Shown piece by piece: positions 44,714-55,037 of a stretch of DNA of 64,000 nt (position 1 is the first letter of the stretch; the number at the start of each line of letters is the position of its first letter). Origin of the DNA: a virus (Duplodnaviria > Caudoviricetes); IMG/VR virus record IMGVR_UViG_2974770163_000001, positions 1 through 64,000 of that record. One strand, written 5' to 3'. The notes under the pieces are model-generated. The model did no database searches. It saw only the letters and a program-made list of their open reading frames with translations, and was not told the origin of the DNA. The translations under genes and the position numbers were made by a program.

Positions 44714-46036
44714 TTATAACTCCCTACGTATTGAGTAGATAGCATAGCGTATAGCATCAGAGTAGTGAGAATTATGGTCATGATACGGTCGTTCTCTAGA
44801 GATTTGCTTACTCTCTTCATCCATATGCCACTTATAACCTATCAAACTCTCTATTAGTCCTTTACATTTTGAATCTACTATAATCTTATCTTGCCAGAAT
44901 AAGTCTTGTAAGTATCTGATACCATCGTTAACAGACTTCTTAGCACCCTTAGTTGAGATATCAAAGTCGTGGGCTAGGTCATGTCTGAATTGGGCGGCAG
45001 CGGAGTCAACGAAAATATAATCAGGATCCATGCGCCTTACAAGATCCTCTATGTACTGAGCATGTTCAGAGGTTGTCTTCTCAGCCTGTAAGTATTCTTC
45101 TACCACATAGAACATATCCGTGTCATAGTGGTACTTAACAGTTACAATAGCGGTAGGGTCACGATAACCAACGTCAATACCAACGATAACTTCAAAGTCA
45201 TCAGTATTAGCAAAGAAGTGACGCATACCGGATAAGTCTTTAACATGCTTCTCAATATCAAATGTGTCGAAGATTTGCCCTTCGAACACACCAAAGTCTG
45301 CCTCGTATTCTTGTCGAAAATACGCTTCTGATGTAGTTCTTCGTGCGTCTTCGATAGTCTTTAAGTCTACTCTAGGATTATCACGATAGGTGGCATGGAT
45401 AGACACCCAGGTCTTCATGGAATCTGTTTCTGTAGACTTACCATATTCATAGAACGTCTTGAACCAGTTATTACCACGAGGTGTGGATATGAACAATGCT
45501 TTTGAATTAGGTTTGTCAAGTGTTGGCATCAACTGTACTTGGAAGGCATCCCCACCCTTATCAGAAATTGCTGCCTCATCAAATATAATGAAGTCATATG
45601 AACGACCAACTGCGGAGTCAGCGTTACCTGCTGATGCCAGTTTGAATAGTGAGCCATTCGATAACTCAATCTCCTTGTCCTTAGCATTCTCTTTTTCTGT
45701 CTTGATACCATGTTTACGAATCAGCCCCTTAATGAGATCCCATCCGATGTTAGCTAATGAATAGTTAGGTGCAATAACTAGCACCAACGTTCCAGGTTCT
45801 AGTAACTTTAAGAATCCTAGGTTATATGCAATAAAAGACTTCCCTACACGACGTGATACACAAGCCGTTACAAAACGGTGTCGAGGGTCGTTAAGAGAAT
45901 TTATAATTGCGATCTGAGGGCGATTAGGTGTAATGCCCTCTAGATCTAACATACCTTGTACGGATAACTTAAAGAAACTATTATCACCAAAGTCCAGTAG
46001 GTCTGTGGTGTTTATGTAGTCTCTAGATACTTCCAT
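44714..46036 (-). CDS. terL: Terminase large subunit
   Basis: SRRVGKS Walker A, IIFDEAA, ISTPRG, GIDVGYRD, HYSDAIRY. Confidence 0.95.
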   Translation of the reverse strand: MEVSRDYINTTDLLDFGDNSFFKLSVQGMLDLEGITPNRPQIAIINSLNDPRHRFVTACVSRRVGKSFIAYNLGFLKLLEPGTLVLVIAPNYSLANIGWDLIKGLIRKHGIKTEKENAKDKEIELSNGSLFKLASAGNADSAVGRSYDFIIFDEAAISDKGGDAFQVQLMPTLDKPNSKALFISTPRGNNWFKTFYEYGKSTETDSMKTWVSIHATYRDNPRVDLKTIEDARRTTSEAYFRQEYEADFGVFEGQIFDTFDIEKHVKDLSGMRHFFANTDDFEVIVGIDVGYRDPTAIVTVKYHYDTDMFYVVEEYLQAEKTTSEHAQYIEDLVRRMDPDYIFVDSAAAQFRHDLAHDFDISTKGAKKSVNDGIRYLQDLFWQDKIIVDSKCKGLIESLIGYKWHMDEESKQISRERPYHDHNSHYSDAIRYAIYSIRREL

Positions 46037-46509
46037 TATTTACCTTGTAGTTTAGTAATAAGCGAAGCATAGTTAGGGTCATTAATTACCTGTACGTTAG
46101 TTTGGTTGGCTACGACTCTGTTTCCTGCTTGCTTAATCTTCTCAAGCTCTACTTCCATCTTCATCTCGTCCATCTTCATTCTATGGACAGTTTTTAAAAT
46201 ATCCATAATATCTTGATCTGAGCCGAGGCCGGTCTCGTCCATTTGTTCAAGCTTCATGTTGATAATCTTATCTAGGAGAGCGAATAGCTTATGTTTATTC
46301 CTAAATCCAGATTCGTTAAACAGAGTACTGATATACTGCTTAACTTCTGGCTTGTTATAGATTTTGACCACACCCTCTTTGGGCATATTTAAGGCTACAG
46401 CAGCCTTATCAATATCAAAACCATTATTAAAGTACGCCTCGACTACCATCATCCCCTCAGGGTCGATGAATTCAGGCGCCAATGCTGTTGGATTAGTTGC
46501 TGGTAACAT
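46036..46509 (-). CDS. terS: Terminase small subunit
   Basis: Synteny; F.ESGFRN, GSDQDI. Confidence 0.82.
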   Translation of the reverse strand: MLPATNPTALAPEFIDPEGMMVVEAYFNNGFDIDKAAVALNMPKEGVVKIYNKPEVKQYISTLFNESGFRNKHKLFALLDKIINMKLEQMDETGLGSDQDIMDILKTVHRMKMDEMKMEVELEKIKQAGNRVVANQTNVQVINDPNYASLITKLQGK

Positions 46510-46518
46510 ATTATTTCC

Positions 46519-48384
46519 TTACGAAAGAGCAGCAATGCTCATAGTGTACGCTGGTACGTGAAACTTGGGATTAGCATTAAGAGACTGACCATTACCGCCT
46601 TTCTTACCAGGCATCGGGGCACCTCTGTGAGATACTGATATCTCCACATTACCATTACCTAAATTCCTGAACCAGAATGCGATATTTGTAAGCCAAGCGT
46701 TTACTACGGGATCTGAGAAGTCAGCCCACCCACTATCACTCTTATATGATTTTACTTCCATAAATTGCACATATTTATTTATGGGTAGGACAAGAATGCT
46801 ATGGTCTCCTCCTACATTTGGGACAGTATTACTGGAGAGCTTCATAATACCACCGCCTACTCTAGCATAATATGCCTCATTTGGCAACCATACTCGAACA
46901 TCAGTAGTATTGAGGTTCATTATAATTGTGGAAGATCTATTTGTAGCTAGGCCTAGTGCTACTGTGGCAATAACCTTGCTTTCGGGATTTGCCAGTGCGA
47001 TCTCAGATCCCCCGAAAGTAACTCTTTTGGTTGCCCCAGGAAGTAGTTTAAGCGCCATAGACCCACCTTTCCCCCATATCGTCCGAGTTTGAGTTCCTAT
47101 AGAATCGGGGGTAATTACCCACCCATTTCCGGAATTTTTCATATCTTGAATACCAAGGAAGTTATGTTGGTTTGGTGCTAGACTTACCATGGAGGACCCC
47201 GAGGTAGTATTAATACTCCTATCTGAAGCTACCCCCAATAAGGGCATTGCAGACCTCATATTGGGAAGACCATTACCATCATATGATGGATTAGCATACA
47301 TATAGGTATAACCAGACCCTGTAGTACTAGGATTGATTTGATGCAGCATTTTGGCTGCTAAGGTTTTTATAGATACTCCCCCCACCTTAAAGTCATTCCT
47401 ATCTAGCTTAATCTCCCCTGTTAAAGGGACTATATTAGTCAGAGAATACCCTGAGTTAACATTATAAGTTAGATTCAGCTTTCTGATAATAATCTTGGTA
47501 AAGGTTACCGTAGGGTAGTCCCACAACTCCATATAGCTGGCATTCCGGTTTCCATGCCATTTAGTAGTACCAGAAATAGTACCTAGTTTACGATGATTTA
47601 ACCACCAGTTAGCGTACCTATCGCGGTCACTATAATGCTGCATATCCTTTTCGAATTTCTGTGAAGCGTTAGCTAAAGCCCCTCGGGGGGCTCCTATTAA
47701 ATTGTTAAATGGAGGTACCAGAATCCCTGAGTAAGTCCCCCCATAAAATCCTACACGATAGAACTTACTGGTGTCAATGGTTACAAATGAGTTATTATAC
47801 CCGCACCTCCATAATCTATCCCTAGCAACATTGAAACTGTTAGCCTCACTATCACCACCAATTCTCATAGTATTGATACCAAAAGAATCTTGATCAAGGG
47901 TGGCTTGTCTAATATCAGTAGATTTATTGCCCACAAAGAAACCTACATGTACACCTATCCCTGGGCGCATTGTTACATGTAAATCGTAGTCATGGAAGTC
48001 CATACGCCCATCCCAGTCATCCCAGGCATCCCCCGTATCAAACGAGGAGGTTATACTATGGCCATTAATTACTTTAGAGTATTCCTTACCGTTTACTGTG
48101 TAGAATACTTCAATAAGTGTAACAGTAGAACTATTTTTAATAGCATTTATAGCACCCGCAGGTAGTGACCCTACTTTATACTTGCCAAGAATATTCCAAC
48201 CACCGTATGTATCTCCCACAGCGGAAGCATCAAAATTTGTTAGTGGAATAGTCCATTCATCAGTGATGAACACATGTGGCATTGAGGAGTGAAAAATAGT
48301 ATCATTGCCAACCCCATTTCTAGCATCACTGGATTCGGTTAAATGTAGGACAGTACCAGGACTCCCTTTTGCGTAAAAACCCAT
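46519..48384 (-). CDS. pb5: Receptor-binding protein (pb5/Oad)
   Basis: MGFYA...VLHL, IFHSSMP.V N-terminus; ~620 aa; position. Confidence 0.85.
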   Translation of the reverse strand: MGFYAKGSPGTVLHLTESSDARNGVGNDTIFHSSMPHVFITDEWTIPLTNFDASAVGDTYGGWNILGKYKVGSLPAGAINAIKNSSTVTLIEVFYTVNGKEYSKVINGHSITSSFDTGDAWDDWDGRMDFHDYDLHVTMRPGIGVHVGFFVGNKSTDIRQATLDQDSFGINTMRIGGDSEANSFNVARDRLWRCGYNNSFVTIDTSKFYRVGFYGGTYSGILVPPFNNLIGAPRGALANASQKFEKDMQHYSDRDRYANWWLNHRKLGTISGTTKWHGNRNASYMELWDYPTVTFTKIIIRKLNLTYNVNSGYSLTNIVPLTGEIKLDRNDFKVGGVSIKTLAAKMLHQINPSTTGSGYTYMYANPSYDGNGLPNMRSAMPLLGVASDRSINTTSGSSMVSLAPNQHNFLGIQDMKNSGNGWVITPDSIGTQTRTIWGKGGSMALKLLPGATKRVTFGGSEIALANPESKVIATVALGLATNRSSTIIMNLNTTDVRVWLPNEAYYARVGGGIMKLSSNTVPNVGGDHSILVLPINKYVQFMEVKSYKSDSGWADFSDPVVNAWLTNIAFWFRNLGNGNVEISVSHRGAPMPGKKGGNGQSLNANPKFHVPAYTMSIAALS

Positions 48385-48412
48385 GTTTTCTCCTTAATAA
48401 TTAAAAAATTAG

Positions 48413-48508
48413 TTGCGTTCTGCCTCAATTCCTGATATAATATTTATATAAATTAAAGAAGCAAATCGATAATAAACTAATTATACAACAGATTTGCCAC
48501 GATGTAAA
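48413..48508. promoter_or_regulatory. Face-to-face promoters for the divergent genes
   Basis: + strand TTGCGT-17-TATAAT (48413-48441); - strand TTTACA-17-TATAAT (48480-48508). Confidence 0.65.
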
Positions 48509-48548
48509 GAACATTTTTAAAATCAATCTAGACAAAAAGAGGTATAGT

Positions 48549-49070
48549 ATGGAAGTTATTTATAAAACATTTAATGGTACTGCTAGGACCGATTTAATAC
48601 TAAGGGGTGAGAGAGCTAACCTGCTCAAATTTGACCAATCACACATCTTAGGCGAAGTACTAAAGGTAACACCAGTTCACAATTTGACAAACAGACTAAT
48701 AGATCTGTATATTGTGTTCAACAATAAGGAAGCTACCGTTATAAAAGAAGTAACAAGTTATGAAATAAGAGGTGAGTACGGAGAATACAAGGATTCTTGT
48801 GAATTGTACCTCTTACCACCAATACCCAAAGGACCTGCATGGAAAGCAGAACAGCAGCTTCTATCCGAGCACTCAGCGGAGATAATAAGACTCTTCAACA
48901 GCTACGAAGATCTAGATGAGAAGAAGCTAGATGAGATACATACTCGTCATGAGAAGTTAGAGAGGGAGGCTAGAGAAGCGGCAAGGATTGAGTTTGCTAA
49001 AAGCTTCTCCGCTGCGAAAGATCAGTTAATAAGTTGGATTAAGCCTCTAGGATGGAGTATAGTACAATGA
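48549..49070 (+). CDS. Hypothetical protein (at the llp position but with no lipobox)
   Basis: GAGGT RBS; 173 aa. Confidence 0.7.
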   Translation: MEVIYKTFNGTARTDLILRGERANLLKFDQSHILGEVLKVTPVHNLTNRLIDLYIVFNNKEATVIKEVTSYEIRGEYGEYKDSCELYLLPPIPKGPAWKAEQQLLSEHSAEIIRLFNSYEDLDEKKLDEIHTRHEKLEREAREAARIEFAKSFSAAKDQLISWIKPLGWSIVQ

Positions 49071-49686
49071 CAACTATACTTGTTATAATTATATTCGAGA
49101 TATGTATATCTTCTACAATACTTAGCTAGGATATGTTATGGGAATCTTAGAAATTACAGCCATAGTAGGTTTAGTATATGTGGTTATAGGACTACTTACC
49201 TGGGCAGCTCACAGAGGAGTATACTAGATGATACCAGCTTGGGTATTAGGAGCAGTAATTGGTGGGGTAACAATCAGTATACCGTTAGCCTTATTTGTAG
49301 GAGCATGCTACGATGATTAGTTATCCGTTATTAATAGTTTGTGCAGTAGCTGGATCTATAGTTGGCGCATGTTTGGGCATAACTGGGTATATGCCTTTAA
49401 TTCTACGATTAGCAGGTAAACATGAGGAGAAACATAAAGATGCGGAAGTCTGATGATGGGAAAAGCATAATCTTCACTGAAAGTGAAGCCATGTGGTTCT
49501 TCCTCCTGTTCCCAGGCATATGGTTTACCTTAGTTCTTGGTGGAATAGCAATTCTGTTACCATTCTTTATTTAGACTTAGTGAGGCTTTTATGGACGTAG
49601 TGAAACTTTTAGAGATTGTAGTGGGTTTTGGTGGGATGGCATTAGTCTTCTTACACTATAACGACTTGTGGATCTTTCGTAAGTAG
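49067..49686 (+). CDS. Six consecutive 20-46 aa hydrophobic micro-ORFs
   Basis: 49067-49129, 49138-49227, 49228-49320, 49313-49453, 49440-49574, 49591-49686; each has an SD-like motif or a stop/start overlap. Confidence 0.6.
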
Positions 49687-49702
49687 TAGTGAGACTTTAG
49701 TG

Positions 49703-49876
49703 AGACGCCTAAAGACTCTTTCATCGAAAAATCTTGATGCTTATAGACCATTGAGTGTGGTAGAACCGTTTAGACGCCTAAAGACCTTTCATCGAAAAAT
49801 CCTGATGCCAAGTTCCCATTGAACGTGGTAGAACCGTTTAGACGCCTAAAGACTAATTCATCGAAAAATCCTGATG
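49703..49876 (+). repeat. About 2.5 tandem ~68-bp repeats near the probable terminal-repeat junction
   Basis: AGACGCCTAAAGAC..TTCATCGAAAAATC.TGATG at 49703, 49772 and 49840. Confidence 0.85.
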
Positions 49877-49954
49877 GGTTACGTGTGGGTGTGTGCAATA
49901 GGGGTGGGGGCTTGGGCTAGTCTCCGAACCGCCCCCTATTGTATCACGGTTGCT

Positions 49955-50194
49955 TTAGTTTGTCAACGGTTGCACACTCAAAAGATTTGTAAAGTTTTGT
50001 AAGATAATTCTTAAAGCTAGGTCTTTACTATTTGGGCTACCATCTGACAAAGCACTTGATGCTATATCTATAATGGCATCAGCCGCTACCCGATTAATAA
50101 CTAAGTAACCTTTAGCATTTAATTCTACTACTAATTGATTAAGTTGTTCTTGGCTCATTTCTTTGTTAGGGCTTAATTCGATAACGTTTGACAT
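49955..50194 (-). CDS. Pre-early hypothetical protein
   Basis: GAGGT RBS before MSNVIEL. Confidence 0.65.
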   Translation of the reverse strand: MSNVIELSPNKEMSQEQLNQLVVELNAKGYLVINRVAADAIIDIASSALSDGSPNSKDLALRIILQNFTNLLSVQPLTN

Positions 50195-50290
50195 AATGAC
50201 CTCACACAATTTAAGAATATTGATATTAGCTGGTTAACGTCTAACTAAGTAACTAACTAGGGCTAACCAACTAATAGAGATTATATCAAA

Positions 50291-51007
50291 CTAGGCAGAA
50301 ATAGCAACCAGTTTATTAAACTTACTGCTTAAATAGTCTCTTTCTTCCTGAGTATAACTACACCATGCCGTTTCGATATGTTCCGCTAATGCTTCAGGGT
50401 CGTGTAGTTCTTCCATCACTTGATCAATGAATTGTTCACCAGCCATGCGATAACCAACGTTTAACACGTCATTAACAAGCGTAGCATCTACAACTTGAAA
50501 GCCCATTTCACGAGCAACAGATAACACGCCTTGATGATCATCGTAAACGGTTATAACAGCGTTTGGATACATAGCTTGCAAGATTTCAAAGTATTTCCGC
50601 TTATATTCAGCATCACGGCTATAATAAACGTCTTTGATATCTTCAAGGGCAAAATAACGGGCTAAGGTAGTTCTGCTCATGATACTGGCGGCTTGCGGTT
50701 TATTAGTTGTTAAACCTTGTTTGCGTAGGTAGTAATAATCGGATTTATACATTGTTCTGGCTGTTACTATTACGTTATGAGTATCACCCTTATTGATATT
50801 CTCTTTCATGACAGCCGCTAAGGGTAGCAGTGTATCAGCTTGTACTAGCTCATGAGTACAAGCATTTTGGATATATCCAGTTAAATCTAGGTTGCCCGTT
50901 TCTTCGTCTAGGTATGGTCTAACACGATGAAAGCTATTTATTACAGTGCCATCAAGGTCAAAGATATTAAGAAACTTGATATCATTAAATACTCGTGTTT
51001 GTTGCAT
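50291..51007 (-). CDS. dmp: Deoxyribonucleoside-5'-monophosphatase (HAD family)
   Basis: IFDLDGTVINSFHRV, TAR, YDD; position in the pre-early region. Confidence 0.92.
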   Translation of the reverse strand: MQQTRVFNDIKFLNIFDLDGTVINSFHRVRPYLDEETGNLDLTGYIQNACTHELVQADTLLPLAAVMKENINKGDTHNVIVTARTMYKSDYYYLRKQGLTTNKPQAASIMSRTTLARYFALEDIKDVYYSRDAEYKRKYFEILQAMYPNAVITVYDDHQGVLSVAREMGFQVVDATLVNDVLNVGYRMAGEQFIDQVMEELHDPEALAEHIETAWCSYTQEERDYLSSKFNKLVAISA

Positions 51008-51093
51008 GGTTGTTACCTCTCGCATTTAAGCGGTTTATTTTTGGAGTTCTAAGTATAAAGAAAGCCCCTGAGTATATCAAGGGCTTAACAGTG

Positions 51094-51558
51094 TTATTCT
51101 TCGGTGAACAAAGCAGGCTGAACAGGATTAATAAAAGTTACTTTAATTTTGTAAGGGCTTTCGCTTCTAGCATTAATAGGTGATACTAGCACTTGCCAGC
51201 CAGCTTCTACAAAGTCCGCTAGGTCTGAGAATAAAAAATCACTCTCTGTCATTAATACAATAACTTCGGTTACATTAACCTTAGTCGTATCAATATCAAT
51301 AAAGGAGTAATAATCCTCTAATGATTTTGCAACATTTTCTATATGTTGAGTAGGCAAGCCACCCGTTACACCCTCCGCAATGTTGCCAAAAATACGGGGT
51401 AAAGCCGATTCGATAGCAGCCGCAACGCTTGCCGCTTCTTGGTCGTTGTTGATCAAGCCTTTACCATAACGAATAATTGAGCCGTCAACAATGTTAATAT
51501 TCTCAATAGCCCCGTTGTCAAATGTTTTGCCGTTGCTGTATACAGTGATCATTTTCAT
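51094..51558 (-). CDS. Pre-early hypothetical protein
   Basis: 154 aa ORF. Confidence 0.7.
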   Translation of the reverse strand: MKMITVYSNGKTFDNGAIENINIVDGSIIRYGKGLINNDQEAASVAAAIESALPRIFGNIAEGVTGGLPTQHIENVAKSLEDYYSFIDIDTTKVNVTEVIVLMTESDFLFSDLADFVEAGWQVLVSPINARSESPYKIKVTFINPVQPALFTEE

Positions 51559-51580
51559 GGTTGTTCTCTCTTATTAAGGT

Positions 51581-51781
51581 TTATTCGATTTCGTAGCCAT
51601 CACTATCTAGGATAGTAGAATCTACATTTTCGTTAAGTTGTTCTTGCTCCGCTTCGGTACGGATAGCGGCTTGCTGATCATATGTTAAGGAGTTCCATTC
51701 TTCAACGGATAACCCCGTTTCTACAACGTGGGCAGCCCCTAGCCCATAACCAAAAGTAACATGAATGTTAACAGTTTTCAT
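51581..51781 (-). CDS. Pre-early hypothetical protein
   Basis: Abuts the upstream gene; CAGGA RBS. Confidence 0.65.
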   Translation of the reverse strand: MKTVNIHVTFGYGLGAAHVVETGLSVEEWNSLTYDQQAAIRTEAEQEQLNENVDSTILDSDGYEIE

Positions 51782-52012
51782 TTAATTGTATTCCTGTTTA
51801 ATTCGTGCTATTTGGTGCATTGGGTAAAAGTATTCAGTATCGGGCGTGTCAGTGAAACTCACAAACAAGCCAGCCGTGTCAATATCAACGGTATCGACAT
51901 TCTCAAATACTACCTCTTTTGCATCTTCTTTAAGAAAGCCGTTAGCTTTTAACTTAGACATAACAGCATCAATAAAGATAACCTTAACAACAGTTACATG
52001 TTTCATATTCAT
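51782..52012 (-). CDS. Pre-early hypothetical protein
   Basis: EYFYPMHQIARIK C-terminus; GGAG RBS. Confidence 0.65.
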   Translation of the reverse strand: MNMKHVTVVKVIFIDAVMSKLKANGFLKEDAKEVVFENVDTVDIDTAGLFVSFTDTPDTEYFYPMHQIARIKQEYN

Positions 52013-52068
52013 TGCTCCAATGGTAGCCCCTACACAATATAGGGGCGTTGGGTTTAAATTTAAATTAA

Positions 52069-53832
52069 TTAAGCGCGATACTTGCCATTTGTAATTCTTA
52101 CTAGCTGGCGTTGCCCGTTGTTATAGGTAATCAAGTGCGTTTGAGTCCAGCTAGAAGCCCCGATATTATAGCCCATATCTAATGAGCCAGCAACTCCAGC
52201 AGTGTAACATAAGCCGTTTACGCTTGCACTATGAGTGTGACCAGTATTTAAGCGTCCTAACTTCGCAAACTGTTTTGGATTCCCTCGTGAGCCATTAGCC
52301 CCAACATGACCATGACAGCCCATTTCTACGCCAGCGACCTTGAAAGATTCGTCAACAACTAAGAAGCGTATTTGCTCGGCATTCTCTAGCTTAGCTATCT
52401 TTTTAAGCCCTACTTCTAGCGCATTCCAGCCACTGGCGGATTTATGTTCCGCAATATGGCGATATTTATCAAGGTTCATTTCATGATAGAGAATGGCGTT
52501 AGCAGGATCTAGCCCTATATTAACATCCCATGCTTTCAACCAATTTGCTAGGGCTAAATCGTGGTTTGACTCAACGACAACTATCTCACTAAATGGGCGC
52601 ATGATATCGCGGAAAATGTTAGCCGTATCAATGAGATCTTGTTTAACGCTTTCTTGCCCTAAATAATAACGCTCCGCAATAAAATCATAATCACGTCTAT
52701 TGTGATGATTTCGGCTTGTAAAGTCGTGGCTATCATGACAGATAGTAAACTTAGGCTTTAACAAGTCAATCATCGACGGGTAGCCATGCAAGCCAGCACC
52801 CCATGAACAAGCCGCTACAACATGATCAATCTTTTCTGCATGAAGATCACCGAACTGTAAAGCAGAAACATGATTTTCAGCTCTAAACACTTGATCACTT
52901 GTTACATAAGTATCAAGATCATAAAACGAGCCATCATCATTCATGCATTGTAAATGGCGTATAAATGGCGTGTCGTTATCGTCGAATTCTACTAAGATTG
53001 CACCATAGCAATGCAATGATTCTGCTTTCTGACCAGCTAGGCGCTGAATATAATTTCGATGCGTAACCGTTCCCGTTGTAGTTAACTCTCTAACTAGCTC
53101 ACCTTTTAGAGCAGGAATATTAAACATCTGATACTTGGCAGCAGGTACAACCGCATGATGATTGCCTATAATGCTTTCAATGCCTGTTAATGGGTTAATA
53201 GCAGTAGGGGAAATGCATAAAGCACCTAAGAAAGATACTTTCTTGCTTTCGCCTAGAAACACGTTTTCCTCAACAAAATAAGGGGTTAATTCTGGCGCAT
53301 ACCACAATGAATCATCTTGCGCGGTCGGATTCGCGTAGCCTTTCTTGTTATATGCAAATTTAGAGATGATTAATTCAGCCCCTAAATATTCTGCATACGT
53401 TTCTAAGGATTTCAGGAAAGGCACGTTAACAGACGTGTTATTTTGAGCCGTTGTCAAAATAAATGCCTTGCCTGATTTAACTTGCCATTTTGATTGAGCA
53501 GGTTTGAGCGAGCCACCATATACAGGCAAATCAGGGTTATCAGCTTTACGGGCTTTAGCCTTTGTTACTGGCTTGTTCTCATTCAGCCATACTCTGATAG
53601 CAGCCGTGAATTCTGGTTTAATGACTTGCTCCCCGTCCTCGGTGTCATACGCTAGATTTTCCGCTATAACATCCGCTAAACTAGACAGGGCAAACGCTTC
53701 GTTTGCCGTTTTATCTTTTACGGATTCTAGGCGTTTTCCATAGTAATTAACGCCTTTAGCGCATTCTAGCAGGTCAGCCGCCAGATTTTTATCTGCTAAT
53801 AGGTCTGAAATAGTTTTTAAAATGGGATTCAT
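52069..53832 (-). CDS. A1: A1 protein (host DNA degradation / second-step transfer)
   Basis: FILTTAQNNT, GDLHAE, SNHD.AL, GCHGH.G.NGSRG.P, GHTHS, YN.GASSW. Confidence 0.93.
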   Translation of the reverse strand: MNPILKTISDLLADKNLAADLLECAKGVNYYGKRLESVKDKTANEAFALSSLADVIAENLAYDTEDGEQVIKPEFTAAIRVWLNENKPVTKAKARKADNPDLPVYGGSLKPAQSKWQVKSGKAFILTTAQNNTSVNVPFLKSLETYAEYLGAELIISKFAYNKKGYANPTAQDDSLWYAPELTPYFVEENVFLGESKKVSFLGALCISPTAINPLTGIESIIGNHHAVVPAAKYQMFNIPALKGELVRELTTTGTVTHRNYIQRLAGQKAESLHCYGAILVEFDDNDTPFIRHLQCMNDDGSFYDLDTYVTSDQVFRAENHVSALQFGDLHAEKIDHVVAACSWGAGLHGYPSMIDLLKPKFTICHDSHDFTSRNHHNRRDYDFIAERYYLGQESVKQDLIDTANIFRDIMRPFSEIVVVESNHDLALANWLKAWDVNIGLDPANAILYHEMNLDKYRHIAEHKSASGWNALEVGLKKIAKLENAEQIRFLVVDESFKVAGVEMGCHGHVGANGSRGNPKQFAKLGRLNTGHTHSASVNGLCYTAGVAGSLDMGYNIGASSWTQTHLITYNNGQRQLVRITNGKYRA

Positions 53833-53907
53833 TTATATAGCTCCTAATTAAAGGGTTTTAGTGGTAACGAACTAGCCACCTCCGAAAAGGTGACTAGGGC
53901 GAATCAC

Positions 53908-54372
53908 TTATAAGCGATCGATGCCGTTTTCTTCCATAATGCCCTGTAATACATCATCAGGACATACCTTTTTAACAATCATAATGATTGTATCAAGGTT
54001 GGCTTTTTCAAGACTAGCCCAATCGTCTTTTTCTTGATCGTTGTCGGACATATCACGCTGAAGGGCACGAATCAGAGTGATTTTTTGTAATTTCTTACCG
54101 CCGCCAACTGGCTGCTTTACTTCAAGGGCACGATAAATTTTGTTGCCGTTTTCATCTTTAGAAGATGACAACTTAGTACGGACAGCCGTAGCCGTGTACG
54201 TTTCACCATCACCGCTAATTTGTTCACCGATAGACGCTAGATTATCGACAGCGTTTGCCGCTGTGATTTCCGCATCAGTTGGGGCGGTTGGGTCAGCAAA
54301 TGCCGCTAAATATAAATCGATAGCTTTTGCGGTTACTTCTTCATTCCAGCGTTTTTTAGATGGAGTAGACAT
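53908..54372 (-). CDS. A2: A2 DNA-binding protein (second-step transfer)
   Basis: WNEE.T.KA..LY, AVRTKLSS, VGGG...K, ASLEKANL.T; upstream of A1. Confidence 0.8.
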   Translation of the reverse strand: MSTPSKKRWNEEVTAKAIDLYLAAFADPTAPTDAEITAANAVDNLASIGEQISGDGETYTATAVRTKLSSSKDENGNKIYRALEVKQPVGGGKKLQKITLIRALQRDMSDNDQEKDDWASLEKANLDTIIMIVKKVCPDDVLQGIMEENGIDRL

Positions 54373-54571
54373 AATTTAATACCTCATTTTTCATGGTTTA
54401 AGTTTAAGTTATACACTTCTCATTAGTGTATTATGAATAGAGCCTGTCTGTCAAGCCCTATTAATTACACTATCAAGAGGAGTCTAAGCAATGGCAACTG
54501 CTTAATGAAGCCCTGAATTTCAAGGCTTGTTTAAGCATCCAATCTTAGCTATTTCACCGTGTTTTCCGTAT

Positions 54572-54583
54572 TGTTAAAGAGCG
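54572..54583 (-). promoter_or_regulatory. boxA antitermination element
   Basis: CGCTCTTTAACA, matching the rrn-type boxA consensus, just downstream of a promoter. Confidence 0.7.
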
Positions 54584-54609
54584 TGGTTAGTTGCCTAACC
54601 TTTGAATCT

Positions 54610-54638
54610 ATCTTATATCAGCCGCCTGGTTAAGTCAA
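54610..54638 (-). promoter_or_regulatory. Pre-early promoter
   Basis: TTGACT-17-TAAGAT. Confidence 0.75.
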
Positions 54639-54642
54639 GCGT

Positions 54643-54942
54643 TTATTTCCAAATACTTCTATTAATGCTTTGTTGCGATTCTATCGTTTCTACAACTTGA
54701 ATCACTATACCTAGATTATGCCATGCTTCGCTTGCCTTGTCAAACAGTTTTTTATCACCGTTGAAATACTGATCTAGCGTAGCTTTGTAAGCGTTGCGAA
54801 TTATCTTAGCTTCTTTCTTAAGCCTTGTCAAGTCAATTTTATGATCAATTCGCTCGGTTAACGCTTCGTTTGCTGTTATGCCTTGTGAAGCTACTAAGGT
54901 ACATAACACTTGGTTAAAAGATTGTTTTGCCATGTTTGCCAT
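54643..54942 (-). CDS. Pre-early hypothetical protein
   Basis: GAGG RBS; its own promoter and boxA. Confidence 0.7.
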   Translation of the reverse strand: MANMAKQSFNQVLCTLVASQGITANEALTERIDHKIDLTRLKKEAKIIRNAYKATLDQYFNGDKKLFDKASEAWHNLGIVIQVVETIESQQSINRSIWK

Positions 54943-54980
54943 TCCTCAATAGTTGGGTAGGCGGCTGATATAAGTTAGAT

Positions 54981-55037
54981 TATTAAAGAGCGTGTTTCTA
55001 TGGTTAGTATCTTAAAGCCTAGTAAAGTTTTTGTCAA
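54981..55037 (-). promoter_or_regulatory. Pre-early promoter plus boxA
   Basis: TTGACA-17-TAAGAT (55009-55037), then CGCTCTTTAATA (54981-54992). Confidence 0.75.

Noticed and set aside
49703-49876. Mini CRISPR array
   Set aside because: The intervening segments are mostly identical to each other (only ~10 variable nt), there are just three cores, and no cas genes are present.
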